Sequence record: KF147891.1
Strand: one strand, 5' to 3'
Length of the DNA: 64,000 nt
Source: Pseudomonas phage PaBG
How positions within the stretch are numbered: position 1 is the first letter of the stretch; each line of letters begins with the position of its first letter. Position numbers and translations under genes: made by a program. The notes beneath the pieces were generated by a model. That model ran no database searches. It saw only the letters and a program-made list of their open reading frames with translations, and was not told the origin of the DNA. This document shows positions 10,501-18,629 of this stretch, piece by piece.

Positions 10501-12145
10501 TGCCCAGCTCACCGTTACCGTGGAAGACGAAACCGTCTATCCGGTTAGCGCTGTGATCACCGGTGCAGCCGTCGTGGACTCGCTGCAAACCTCGCAGTAT
10601 GAGCTGCGCGTGACCTTCGATGACAACTCGACCCTGGTAATGCAGGCTGATAGCTGGTCGTCGAGCAACACCACCACCGGCGGCACCATCGACGAGAACG
10701 GCCTGTTCACTGCTGTCGAGAACGTGTCTGGTTCCAACATCAACACGACTCTGACCGCGACCTACAGCCTGGATGGTCGTGAAGTCACCGCGACTCGCGT
10801 TATCGCCGTGCATGACGTGACGAACTATCCGGCAAGCGTCGCTATCAGCGGCCCGAACTCGGTGAACTCGTCCGTGAGTGATGGTCCTGGCACTGCGCAG
10901 TACACCGCGGAAGTGACGTATCTGGACGGTACCAAGAACACGCTACCCTCCGGTACGTGGTCTGTCGAAGGCGCTTCACAGTCCGATCCTGTGGGCACCA
11001 TCGATGCGGCCGGCCTGTTCACTGCCAACCAAACTCCGGGTGGCGGCAACCGCAACATTTCGATCAAGTTCAGCTACACCGAATTTGGTCGTACCGTCAA
11101 CGGCTCCAAGTCTGTGGCGTTCGTTGTTGTGCCGATTCCGCAGTCGCTGGCCATCAATGGTCCGAGCGAAGTGGCTTCGGATGTTTCGCAGCCGTACACT
11201 GCACGCCTGACGCTGAACAACGGTGGCACCATGGACGTACTCGCTACGTTCAGCACTACCGCAGCATCCAACATCGCGTCCATGTCGGCGGATGGTACTC
11301 TGGCTGTGCAACATCTGGCCGCAGATACTCCGATCGAACTGCACGCGACGTACACTGGCAATGGCATCACTGTCACCGCCGACCGCACCATCACTGGTAA
11401 GAAGGCGGTGGAACTCGATAGCATCACTGTATCGGGTCCGACCAACCTTGCCAGCGGTAACAGCGCGCAGTACACAGTCACTGCTCACTACGACAACGGA
11501 ACCACGGCTGATGTTACGGCCTCGGCTACGTTCTCCAGCAGTGTTCCTGCTGCCGGTACGTTCAGTGGCGTGACTCGCGGTCTGTTCCAGGCTGCAAACG
11601 TGCAGAGCGACACCGACACCGTGCTGACGTTCGGCTTCACTGCGAACGGCATCAGCCGATCCGCCACTGTCAACCTGCAGGTGGCTGCTCCGTTGCCAAC
11701 TGGTAGCAACTTGCCGCGCTACGGCGTAGCAATGTTCTCCGACACGGACTTCACCGGCGGTAAGACTGGCACTGACGTGAACTACGGTAATCCGTACACC
11801 CGTTGGTCCGGTATCCAGGACTTCGCCGATTCGGTGTTGACCAACCTGATGCCGAGCGCCAACAGCAGCGAGCAGTTCACGCTCAACATCGGCGAAGCCC
11901 AGTACGGCTACTTCATGCACTTGAAGTCGCTGTCCAACTACTGCGAGTTCACCGATCTTGCGATCAACGTGCCTGGCGGTATGGGCGGTATCACGTGGAC
12001 TCCGGAAGGTGAAATCGGCAGCACCTTCGATCCGATCGAAGTTACCTACGACTGTCACGATGGCAACGGCCCGCAACAGTGGCTGGTGTATCGTACCGAC
12101 TGGGATACCCTCGGCTCGATTACCTTCAGGGTTCGTTACACCTGA
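7571..12145 (+). CDS. giant fibre/whisker-like structural protein with ~12 Ig-like (BIG2-type) tandem domains and a C-terminal GGITWTPEG / WLVYRTDW module
   Basis: 1524 aa. The N-terminal domain is shared with 6910..7554. Repeated ~95-aa units each begin with T(V/N)YP.SA.I.GP. The C-terminal ~140 aa are related to modules in 23281..23700 and 29933..33583. Followed by a terminator. Confidence 0.7.
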   Translation: MATLAEFIRQAVALADYRNLAVENPIPVQLPLGNGENMTVVVSFMEPNNVTLPFNVSWIVVDPDSNDYLKVLRRTSALPMPGYRNTWVEITTMEDLIAEPQFWDLSSGFNLGEVEAPQLGAATIDVRGLVQLNREYAPDRDNPLVVGSNDARMSNARTPLPHTHPKLPITMMRGATGINAYTAKIGTANSPKAGEILTITGPGAQPNEWLGEWRRPTAADLVYDGPTFDDLIINGPVGNTIDETMPFTFSADAAFSDGQTIVGVAASWSVIGNGQYASIGTLTGIFQSLDVDQDQTVRVEARWTHPESGVQRSKFVDILVVDRTIQVNLVSIELNGPDEIEENSIATYTVTAHFDNGTSTGVTPTTFTSSNPGAGEFNAETGVLEVGELTTDQTTTISATYNFNGVTRDATLQVSCLDTTVYPANAVIVGPNTVDENTTVNFVLRVTYTNGTQVDVAASDWASSDEEAGTINATTGEFVAATNLFEDKQTVLTASYTLEGRTVNASKQVLVKDVTVYPRSATILGMASVNEGTIAQYQFRVTFSDDTSAVVSVSNWALDNPAVGTINPTTGQLVAAADVSVDTLGVISASYSANGQTVSATFNVTVTDETNYPASARIVGNAQMDENSTQTVTFEVTYTDGSKVIESITNWASSNTSAATIGAASGLVTAAVNLTANGTTTISGSFTRDGRTVTAELALTVRDTTNYPVSAVINGPATINEGGQADYTLAVTFTDGTTANRAANWSITGGNGATINTSGRVTAPANVDANTGATINASFTLDGRTVNAPARAIQIIDTTVYPSTARIIGPNSVPENTSQTYQLEVTFSDATKAIVPVTNWASSVPTTGTIDANTGLFSALETTGNKVTKITASYTAQGRTVGSELNITVVDATNYPVSAAIEGPAVVAEDGTAQYNLRVTFTDTTSSLVPVTDWASSNEGVGVINPTTGAFVAAANLLADGTTTISASYTSEGIRVDAQLTVTVEDETVYPVSAVITGAAVVDSLQTSQYELRVTFDDNSTLVMQADSWSSSNTTTGGTIDENGLFTAVENVSGSNINTTLTATYSLDGREVTATRVIAVHDVTNYPASVAISGPNSVNSSVSDGPGTAQYTAEVTYLDGTKNTLPSGTWSVEGASQSDPVGTIDAAGLFTANQTPGGGNRNISIKFSYTEFGRTVNGSKSVAFVVVPIPQSLAINGPSEVASDVSQPYTARLTLNNGGTMDVLATFSTTAASNIASMSADGTLAVQHLAADTPIELHATYTGNGITVTADRTITGKKAVELDSITVSGPTNLASGNSAQYTVTAHYDNGTTADVTASATFSSSVPAAGTFSGVTRGLFQAANVQSDTDTVLTFGFTANGISRSATVNLQVAAPLPTGSNLPRYGVAMFSDTDFTGGKTGTDVNYGNPYTRWSGIQDFADSVLTNLMPSANSSEQFTLNIGEAQYGYFMHLKSLSNYCEFTDLAINVPGGMGGITWTPEGEIGSTFDPIEVTYDCHDGNGPQQWLVYRTDWDTLGSITFRVRYT
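8550..11690 (+). repeat. protein-level tandem array of ~12 Ig-like ~285-nt repeats (divergent at DNA level)
   Basis: Recurrent motif ..D.T(V/N)YP.SA.I.GP..V.E.....Y.L.VT(F/Y)(S/T)DG... across the region. Confidence 0.65.
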
Positions 12146-12160
12146 TAGGTCAACCACTAA

Positions 12161-12188
12161 GGACGGGTCTTCGGGCCCGTCCGTTTTT
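12161..12188 (+). terminator. rho-independent terminator
   Basis: GGACGGG-TCTTCGGG-CCCGTCC followed by GTTTTT. Confidence 0.8.
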
Positions 12189-12199
12189 GGAGTTCTGCT

Positions 12200-13156
12200 A
12201 TGCCACTCTACGCATCTGCTTTTTTCGTGCCTACGAGTGCTGGTGTGCCGTACATTCTGGAGGATATTTATCTCCGTGGCGGCTACCGCTCCGTGGCAAC
12301 AATCGCGGATCGTGATGCAATCAAATCTGCTGCGCGTAAGCAAGGTGCGATTGTCTACGTCCGTGAAGACACAACTCTCTACTGGCTGCCCGATACGGCC
12401 GTCGCTGGGTCCGATGCTTGGAAGCCATTTGACGTGACCCGTTACGTCAACTTCGTCTGGGATGCACCGCTGTCTCTCGATACCGAGACGGAGCCGGGTA
12501 AGTTCCATGTGAAGATCGACGGGAAGCGCATTGTCCCAGTGATCTTGGAAGAACACGCAGGCTTCGTGCTGATCGTTGGCGAGGGCGGCAACCCTGTGTG
12601 GGCTAAGCTGGATGCCTTGCCTAATCGTGATGCTGCCGCTGCTGGCCATGCGCTGATCTTGGATGCCCAGAAGAATCCGATCTGGGGTGCCGTGTCCTCG
12701 CTCCCATCTACCGAAGGTGTTGCGCAGGGTTCCGCCCTTGTCGTCGATTCCGAAGGCGGTGCTGTTTGGGGCGAAGCTGCCAAGAAGGCGCGCATTACAC
12801 CTGAGCATTCCCCGGGTCCGATCATTGCGGCTGGCACTGCACAGTTTGAACTCACGCTGAACTCCCAGTTCGGTGCCGTGCTTCGTCTGGCTGTGTCGCA
12901 TCCTGATCTGGTTGTCGAACTGCATCGCGCAGAAACCTTCGACGACACCAACCCGTACACGTTCATTTCGTCTGTTGCCAAGCTCGAAGACGATGGCATC
13001 ACCGTCCTCGAAGGCGGCGAAATCCAGAAATCCCGTCGCTATGGGTTCTTCGAGGCTGCCACGGCCGTCGAGCCCAAGATGTACGTCAAGATCACCAACG
13101 AAGGACAGGACTCGGTCGAGCCTACTCTCTACCTGACGTTCCTGCCTATGGAGTAA
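12200..13156 (+). CDS. hypothetical protein
   Basis: 318-aa ORF following the terminator; no motif recognised. Confidence 0.55.
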   Translation: MPLYASAFFVPTSAGVPYILEDIYLRGGYRSVATIADRDAIKSAARKQGAIVYVREDTTLYWLPDTAVAGSDAWKPFDVTRYVNFVWDAPLSLDTETEPGKFHVKIDGKRIVPVILEEHAGFVLIVGEGGNPVWAKLDALPNRDAAAAGHALILDAQKNPIWGAVSSLPSTEGVAQGSALVVDSEGGAVWGEAAKKARITPEHSPGPIIAAGTAQFELTLNSQFGAVLRLAVSHPDLVVELHRAETFDDTNPYTFISSVAKLEDDGITVLEGGEIQKSRRYGFFEAATAVEPKMYVKITNEGQDSVEPTLYLTFLPME

Positions 13157-13159
13157 GTC

Positions 13160-14350
13160 ATGCTGATGATCGCCGAAGCTAAAGTGAAGGACTTGGCGAC
13201 AATGTCCTGGTTTACCTACACCGGCGAGAAGGCGATCAAGCTCGGTACGGACAAACAGTTCAACCAGAAGCATCCACTCGTGGTGCGCCCAGGTGAACTG
13301 GTCGGTCTGAAAAAAGCTGCCCGTGGTCCAGGTGCTGGCAACTACCAAGTTGTGCTGGGCCACGCGGTGCATGTCCTCTTCCGCAACGTCACGCAGAAGA
13401 TGATCGATAAGATCGAGGGCAAGCTCAAGCCGTACAAGGGTAAGCCACCGGAGCATGGTCAACTTCAGGAAGGTAAGAAGCGCACCACGAAGGTGCGTAT
13501 CCGAGAAAAGGAAACCTCCGACAAGCTGGTTGCTGATCTGTTCAAACCCGAAGGGCCTGTGCGAGAGAACGCTACCTACAACAGGGAGAACTACCAATGG
13601 CGCCGTGTTGTTCACGCTGGCGTCGCGGTGAAATCCTTGAAGCAGGGTCGTTCCAAGTACAGTACCCAAGAAGGCGATGTCGTCGGTATGCGTTACATGA
13701 CCAAGGCGCGTGGTGGCTTCATCATCCTGCCAAACATGCAGCGCGTCAACATTGATCACGACACCTACATGAAGCTCATCGAGTCCACGCGCATCCAACC
13801 GTCCTCGAAGCAACAAAAAGGCATCGTGATTCTCGCCGACGTTAAGGCAACCCTGCCGAAAGAGACGCGCAATCGCAAGAAGAAGGAACCAGAACCGGAC
13901 GTTCGCATCCAGCGCGGTGAGCCCGAGAAAACGGCTGGCCGACGGATGCAACGTGACATCAAAGGCTTCACGCATGACCACGACATCCCAGACGTGGACA
14001 TTGAAGACGACGAACTGGAAGACGAAGCTCCATCGCAGGTGCCAGAAGCGCACCAGCCTGCGAAGGTGATCAGAGTCGGCTCGTTGCTCCAGAGCGCCAA
14101 GCGCCCTGACAACAAGTTTGCTGTCGTGGACGCCGAAGTACACGAAACGTACACCGAGTTCTCCCTCTACAGTCTGCGTACCAAGGATGTGCGTAAGCTG
14201 AGGATGTCCAACGATACCGACATGTCCAACACCAAGTCCGTTCTGGTGCTCGGTGATGTGTCCAAGTCGGAACTCGCCGCAGGTAAACGGGCTTTCAACA
14301 AGGCTGTAAAAGATAAGAAGTTTACCGTCGGCACCATTCATGACCAGTGA
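13160..14350 (+). CDS. hypothetical basic (Lys/Arg-rich) protein with acidic DIEDDELEDE patch
   Basis: 396 aa; SD GGAG precedes ATG 13160. Confidence 0.55.
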   Translation: MLMIAEAKVKDLATMSWFTYTGEKAIKLGTDKQFNQKHPLVVRPGELVGLKKAARGPGAGNYQVVLGHAVHVLFRNVTQKMIDKIEGKLKPYKGKPPEHGQLQEGKKRTTKVRIREKETSDKLVADLFKPEGPVRENATYNRENYQWRRVVHAGVAVKSLKQGRSKYSTQEGDVVGMRYMTKARGGFIILPNMQRVNIDHDTYMKLIESTRIQPSSKQQKGIVILADVKATLPKETRNRKKKEPEPDVRIQRGEPEKTAGRRMQRDIKGFTHDHDIPDVDIEDDELEDEAPSQVPEAHQPAKVIRVGSLLQSAKRPDNKFAVVDAEVHETYTEFSLYSLRTKDVRKLRMSNDTDMSNTKSVLVLGDVSKSELAAGKRAFNKAVKDKKFTVGTIHDQ

Positions 14351-14355
14351 GCATC

Positions 14356-16296
14356 ATGGACAAGACTACTCTTTCTAAAATCAAACGGAATCCCAGAGGG
14401 TTTGCCGAGGGCTTGACCCTCGGTGAGCTCCGCAAAACACTGCAACACTTCGACTACGAATATCACGACAAGAACCAAAGCTCGGTCCCTGACCAGGTGT
14501 ATGACGTTCTCCGCGATGTTCACGATGAGCGCTCCAAGAAACCGTATTCCCGCGTGGGTGCCAAAAGCTCGCACGCGGCTCGTCGCGTCAAACTACCTGA
14601 ACCAATGGGTAGTCTTTCCAAGCTCAAGCCCGGCTCGTCCGGGCTTTTGGCGTTCCTGGACAAAGGCCCGTTCGTTGTTTCCGATAAGGAAGACGGCATT
14701 AGCCTGGAGCTGATCTACGAGAACCACGTGCTCTCGCGTGCGTTGCAGCGTGGTGACGGCAAGATCGGCACGGATTCCTCGGGCGTGATCCCTGCTCTCA
14801 AGGTTCCGCAGCGCGTCAAGGTACCTGAACTCATCGTTCGCGTTGAGTTCACCATGACCAAGCAGACATTTGACCGTCACTTCAACAGCGCCAAGGGCGG
14901 ACAATACGACACCGCGCGTAACGGTGCCGGCGGCCTGCTCAATCGTAACGAGCCGACGCAAGCCATCAGCAAGATCAAGTGTATCGCACACGAAATCATG
15001 CGTGGCCCGTTTGCCCGCAAGGCTCCGAGCAAGCAGTTCGCCTACTTGAAATCGCTGGGTTTCGACGTGGTACCGCATAAGGTATACCCGACGCTAAGCG
15101 AGAAGGTGCTGTCCAATCTGCTGGCTCTGCGCAAGGCTCGCTCCAAGCGCGAAATCGATGGCATCGTTGTTGCCCAAGATCGTCCGTACACCGTTGTGGG
15201 TAAGTACCCAAGCCACGCGTTCGCCTTCAAGATCAACGATCTGGAGTCGAGCGTCCTCGTCAAGGTCAAGGACGTTGAGTTCAACGAGTCTCGCTACGGT
15301 CGATTGGCTCCACGCATCCTGATCGAACCGACGAAGATCGGCGGCGTCATGGTCGAACACTTCACTGGCCACAATGGGTTCTACATCGAGCACGGCTACA
15401 CGTCGAAGCTCAAGGGCTCTCAGATTCCGTACGAGCCACGCCCGATCAACAAGGGCGCCACGATTCGTGCAGTACGGTCTGGTGACGTGATTCCGTACAT
15501 CGTGGAAGTCGTCAAGGCTGCCAAGAAACCTGCACAGCCTGATGTCCCGTTCGAGTCTGATGGTGTGCATTACTACGCCAAGCACGGCGGTGGCGATGAC
15601 CGTAAGGCCAAGTTGCTGCTCAACTTCTTCACGGCGTTGGAAGTGGATGGGATCAAGCGCGGCACTATCGACATTCTGATCGAGAACGGCTTCGACACCA
15701 TCAAGAAGATCATCACGGCTGAGGCTGCTGACTTCGAGGAGATTCCTCGTTTCGGCCATACTAAGGCAGTGACTCTGGAACGCAACATTCGCAACAGCCT
15801 AGCCAAGAACGCAACTCTAGCCAAGCTCGGTGCGGGTAGTGCCTTGTTCGGTGACAAGTTCGGGGAGTCCCGCCTGAATGAGCTGTTTAAGGCATTGCCG
15901 AACATCGTCTACTCGGATATGTCCCAGCGCCAGATGGTTGCAGCCATCCAAGAGATTCGCGGCTTCAAGGAGCTGGCGATCAAGGCGGCCGAGGCCATGC
16001 CGAAATTCCGCCTGTTCCTGAAGCGCCTAGGCGTCAAAGTTGTGCAGCCCAAAGTGCTGAAATCCAAGAGTGCTAAGCTGGCCGGTATGTCCATCCTGTT
16101 CACCTCGGTACGCGATAAAGAGCTGGCTGAGTGGATCGTGACGAACGGTGGTAAGCTGGCATCCAGCGTCAAGTCAGCTAATTTACTCATCGTGAAGGAC
16201 GAGTTCTCTACCAACAACAAGACCGAGTATGCCAATGCAAATGGCATCCCGGTTATGTCCCTGGATAAGTTCAGGGCCAAATACAAGGTGACGTGA
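14356..16296 (+). CDS. ligA: NAD-dependent DNA ligase (LigA family)
   Basis: Ia-domain-like VPDQVYDVL; adenylation motif KEDG (KxDG) followed by LELIYENHVLSRALQRGDGKIGTD; OB-fold RAVRSGDVIPYIVEV; HhH region; C-terminal BRCT (GMSILFTSVRDKELAEWIVTNGGKLASSV). An alternative GTG start at 14347 overlaps the upstream stop. Confidence 0.8.
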   Translation: MDKTTLSKIKRNPRGFAEGLTLGELRKTLQHFDYEYHDKNQSSVPDQVYDVLRDVHDERSKKPYSRVGAKSSHAARRVKLPEPMGSLSKLKPGSSGLLAFLDKGPFVVSDKEDGISLELIYENHVLSRALQRGDGKIGTDSSGVIPALKVPQRVKVPELIVRVEFTMTKQTFDRHFNSAKGGQYDTARNGAGGLLNRNEPTQAISKIKCIAHEIMRGPFARKAPSKQFAYLKSLGFDVVPHKVYPTLSEKVLSNLLALRKARSKREIDGIVVAQDRPYTVVGKYPSHAFAFKINDLESSVLVKVKDVEFNESRYGRLAPRILIEPTKIGGVMVEHFTGHNGFYIEHGYTSKLKGSQIPYEPRPINKGATIRAVRSGDVIPYIVEVVKAAKKPAQPDVPFESDGVHYYAKHGGGDDRKAKLLLNFFTALEVDGIKRGTIDILIENGFDTIKKIITAEAADFEEIPRFGHTKAVTLERNIRNSLAKNATLAKLGAGSALFGDKFGESRLNELFKALPNIVYSDMSQRQMVAAIQEIRGFKELAIKAAEAMPKFRLFLKRLGVKVVQPKVLKSKSAKLAGMSILFTSVRDKELAEWIVTNGGKLASSVKSANLLIVKDEFSTNNKTEYANANGIPVMSLDKFRAKYKVT

Positions 16297-16721
16297 TGGC
16301 GGCAATCAAAATCAACCTCGCGGAAGCGGCTAATCGGGATGATCCTGATTTTGCCGCATTGCGTCAGCATCCGCGTTACGGTGATGCCGTGAAAATACTG
16401 CAGGCGCGTGGTTTGCGTCCGCAGGGCGTTCGCGGCTACCCAGCACTGCTCGACATTCTCAAGCAATTCGATGATGGAACGGTCGACGTTAAACGTGAGA
16501 GCGAGCCGCTGGCGCTTGCCAACCTGCGACGTGATCTTCCGCGTGAACTGGAAAAGCTGCGCGAACTTCAAGGCATCGTCAAGTCCATGCAGGATGAAGA
16601 TGTTGAACCCGAGGAGCTCGAAGCCGCACTTCAGGATGTCCAACACCAACTGCATCGTGTGGCAGGTTTGCGTAAGGCGATCACTCGCTTGTACGACCGC
16701 CATCGCAAACAAAAGAACTAG
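16296..16721 (+). CDS. hypothetical protein
   Basis: ATG overlaps the upstream TGA (GTGATGG); 141 aa. Confidence 0.55.
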   Translation: MAAIKINLAEAANRDDPDFAALRQHPRYGDAVKILQARGLRPQGVRGYPALLDILKQFDDGTVDVKRESEPLALANLRRDLPRELEKLRELQGIVKSMQDEDVEPEELEAALQDVQHQLHRVAGLRKAITRLYDRHRKQKN

Positions 16722-16729
16722 GAGTTCTC

Positions 16730-17659
16730 ATGGCACTCATTCATATCAATGCTGACGGTTCTTTCGAGGCTGTTGCTGCTGGCAGTTCGTTCGATACTGC
16801 CTACAAGGAACTCAAGGCGAAAGTCACTGCGTTGAAGGCCGACATCGCCGCGGCTCGAAAAACGGTGAACCCGCTCAAGCGCATCGCCGGCCTGAAACTG
16901 CAATTGCAGCACGCCCAGCCCAAACGCGCAGCCAAGATCAAAGAAATGATCAACGGCCTGCGCACCAAATTCAACCTCAGTCCAAAAGCGACCATCGGCG
17001 GTACTCAACGCGCTGTTGACAAGATGGAGACGCAACTGGCCAAGGTCGAAGCGCGTATTGAAAAACTGCGCGAGAAGAACTCCAACCGTCTTCAACCAAA
17101 GACGCCTGCCAAGAAGGCAAGCCAGCCTACCGCCAAGAAAGCAGTGACCCGCAAAGTCAGCTTCGACACGGAAGCTCGTCGCGCCGCCCGTGAGACCACC
17201 ATGGGCATCAAGGGCAAGTTGCGTGAACTGGACGCCAAGTCCAAAGAGCCGACCAAGAAGAAGCCCGCCAAGGCAACAGTCAAGCATCCAGGCAGCGTAA
17301 GCACTGGCGCCAAAGCAACTGTGTTGGCTACGATCAAGCAGATCAAAGCTGACATCGCCAAGGGCCTGACGGGTCCGAAGCTGGCCCGTGCACAGGCTGA
17401 ACTCAAGAAGCAGCGCGCTGCTCTGCGGGAACTGCGTAAAGGCGAGTCTGCCAAGAACGCTGCTGCCGTAGCTCCGCGTGCCAAGGCTTCCAAAGCTGGT
17501 ATGGGCAGCGCCGACAAGAAGCCCTCCTCGAACGAGAAGCGCATCGAGTCGCTGCGTGCCAAGCTCAAGCCGCTGAAACCAGGCTCGCCCGAGTATCGTC
17601 AGATCATGACCAAGATCAAGACGCTGCAAGGCCGTTCTCCCGTCGGTGGCAACCGCTGA
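16730..17659 (+). CDS. Lys/Ala-rich histone H1-like basic coiled-coil protein
   Basis: SD TAGGAG. Low-complexity KKA/AKA-rich composition along its 309 aa. Confidence 0.55.
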   Translation: MALIHINADGSFEAVAAGSSFDTAYKELKAKVTALKADIAAARKTVNPLKRIAGLKLQLQHAQPKRAAKIKEMINGLRTKFNLSPKATIGGTQRAVDKMETQLAKVEARIEKLREKNSNRLQPKTPAKKASQPTAKKAVTRKVSFDTEARRAARETTMGIKGKLRELDAKSKEPTKKKPAKATVKHPGSVSTGAKATVLATIKQIKADIAKGLTGPKLARAQAELKKQRAALRELRKGESAKNAAAVAPRAKASKAGMGSADKKPSSNEKRIESLRAKLKPLKPGSPEYRQIMTKIKTLQGRSPVGGNR

Positions 17660-17680
17660 TAAGCAACACCAGTACCGTGG

Positions 17681-17699
17681 CTCGGACTAACCATCCGAG
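17681..17699 (+). other. short stem-loop (CTCGGA-N7-TCCGAG) in intergenic region
   Basis: Perfect 6-bp inverted repeat after the 16730 gene; no clear T-tract. Confidence 0.2.
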
Positions 17700-17731
17700 T
17701 CGCGGTTTGTCCGCATCTACGGAGCACGTCA

Positions 17732-18082
17732 ATGCAGCTACTCATTGCCATGGCCTCTGCGGAGGACACGCTGAACGAACGTATCCGAGCGCAGCGGAAG
17801 AAGCTGCAGGACATACGTCGCCAGCTCCAACTGTTCAATCGTATTCGACCGTTGCGTGCGTCCATCAAACGCAACCTGACGACTGCGAAGAACACCAAAG
17901 ACGACAACACCTTGAAACGCCTTAAGGTAGAGCGGCGTAACGCTGCGGCGCGCATTGCAGTTCTGGAGAAGAGCCTGACATCCAAGTCGTCAGAGGCTCA
18001 ATTGAAGGAGCAGTTGAAGCGCCAATCGGAACGGCTCAATGACCTGAACACCAAGCTACGGGAGCTGCGCACTGCGGCCTAG
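17732..18082 (+). CDS. hypothetical coiled-coil protein
   Basis: SD GGAG; 116 aa with heptad-rich K/R/E composition. Confidence 0.5.
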   Translation: MQLLIAMASAEDTLNERIRAQRKKLQDIRRQLQLFNRIRPLRASIKRNLTTAKNTKDDNTLKRLKVERRNAAARIAVLEKSLTSKSSEAQLKEQLKRQSERLNDLNTKLRELRTAA

Positions 18083-18091
18083 GGAAACGTC

Positions 18092-18580
18092 TTGAAATTC
18101 CCCAAGAATCCACGGGACATCGCCAAGTTCATCGATTTCCTAAGAGTGCTGTGTGCGTCGATTAACGGTAAGCCCGAGGGCTTTATCGGCACTGCCAAAG
18201 GCGTGGAATCCGCACACTGTCACACGCGCGTCGCCAAGTTCCTGCAGACGCACGCATCCGAACAACCAAAAGCAATGGTCGTTATCCTGGGTACTCCAGG
18301 TAGTTACTACGCCGTTGCGCACTCGCTCGTGGTGAGTGCAGATGAATCTGCCATCATTGTGGATGCCTACACTGGGCACTTCCTCGAAGGGCAGTACATC
18401 ACCGACTTGCAGGGTCACAAGAAGCACTACCTGATCTACGCTGCGTACTACGCCGCCGACCTTGTCACCCTAGCCAAGGCAGACAACTTCGAGGAAGCGC
18501 TTGAGCATCTGCGCGTCGCACCATTCAAGGGTGACGACATCCCATCGATTGGTCATGCCAAGGTACAAATCAAGAAGTGA
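18092..18580 (+). CDS. hypothetical protein (TTG start)
   Basis: ORF with TTG start preceded by AGGGAAAC; no in-frame ATG for ~60 codons. Confidence 0.4.
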   Translation: MKFPKNPRDIAKFIDFLRVLCASINGKPEGFIGTAKGVESAHCHTRVAKFLQTHASEQPKAMVVILGTPGSYYAVAHSLVVSADESAIIVDAYTGHFLEGQYITDLQGHKKHYLIYAAYYAADLVTLAKADNFEEALEHLRVAPFKGDDIPSIGHAKVQIKK

Positions 18581-18629
18581 GTGGCAGGATGCCCTCCTAA
18601 CTCAAATGGAATCTAAACAGGAAGCGGAT

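Noticed and set aside
7508-10813. Very long minus-strand ORFs (7508..10813, 10976..14341, 40566..42317, 47714..49444, 5550..6962 and similar)
   Set aside because: They lie antisense to well-supported + strand genes that have recognisable motifs. Their translations are low-complexity Arg/Gly/Val-rich sequence, which is typical of spurious frames in GC-rich DNA.
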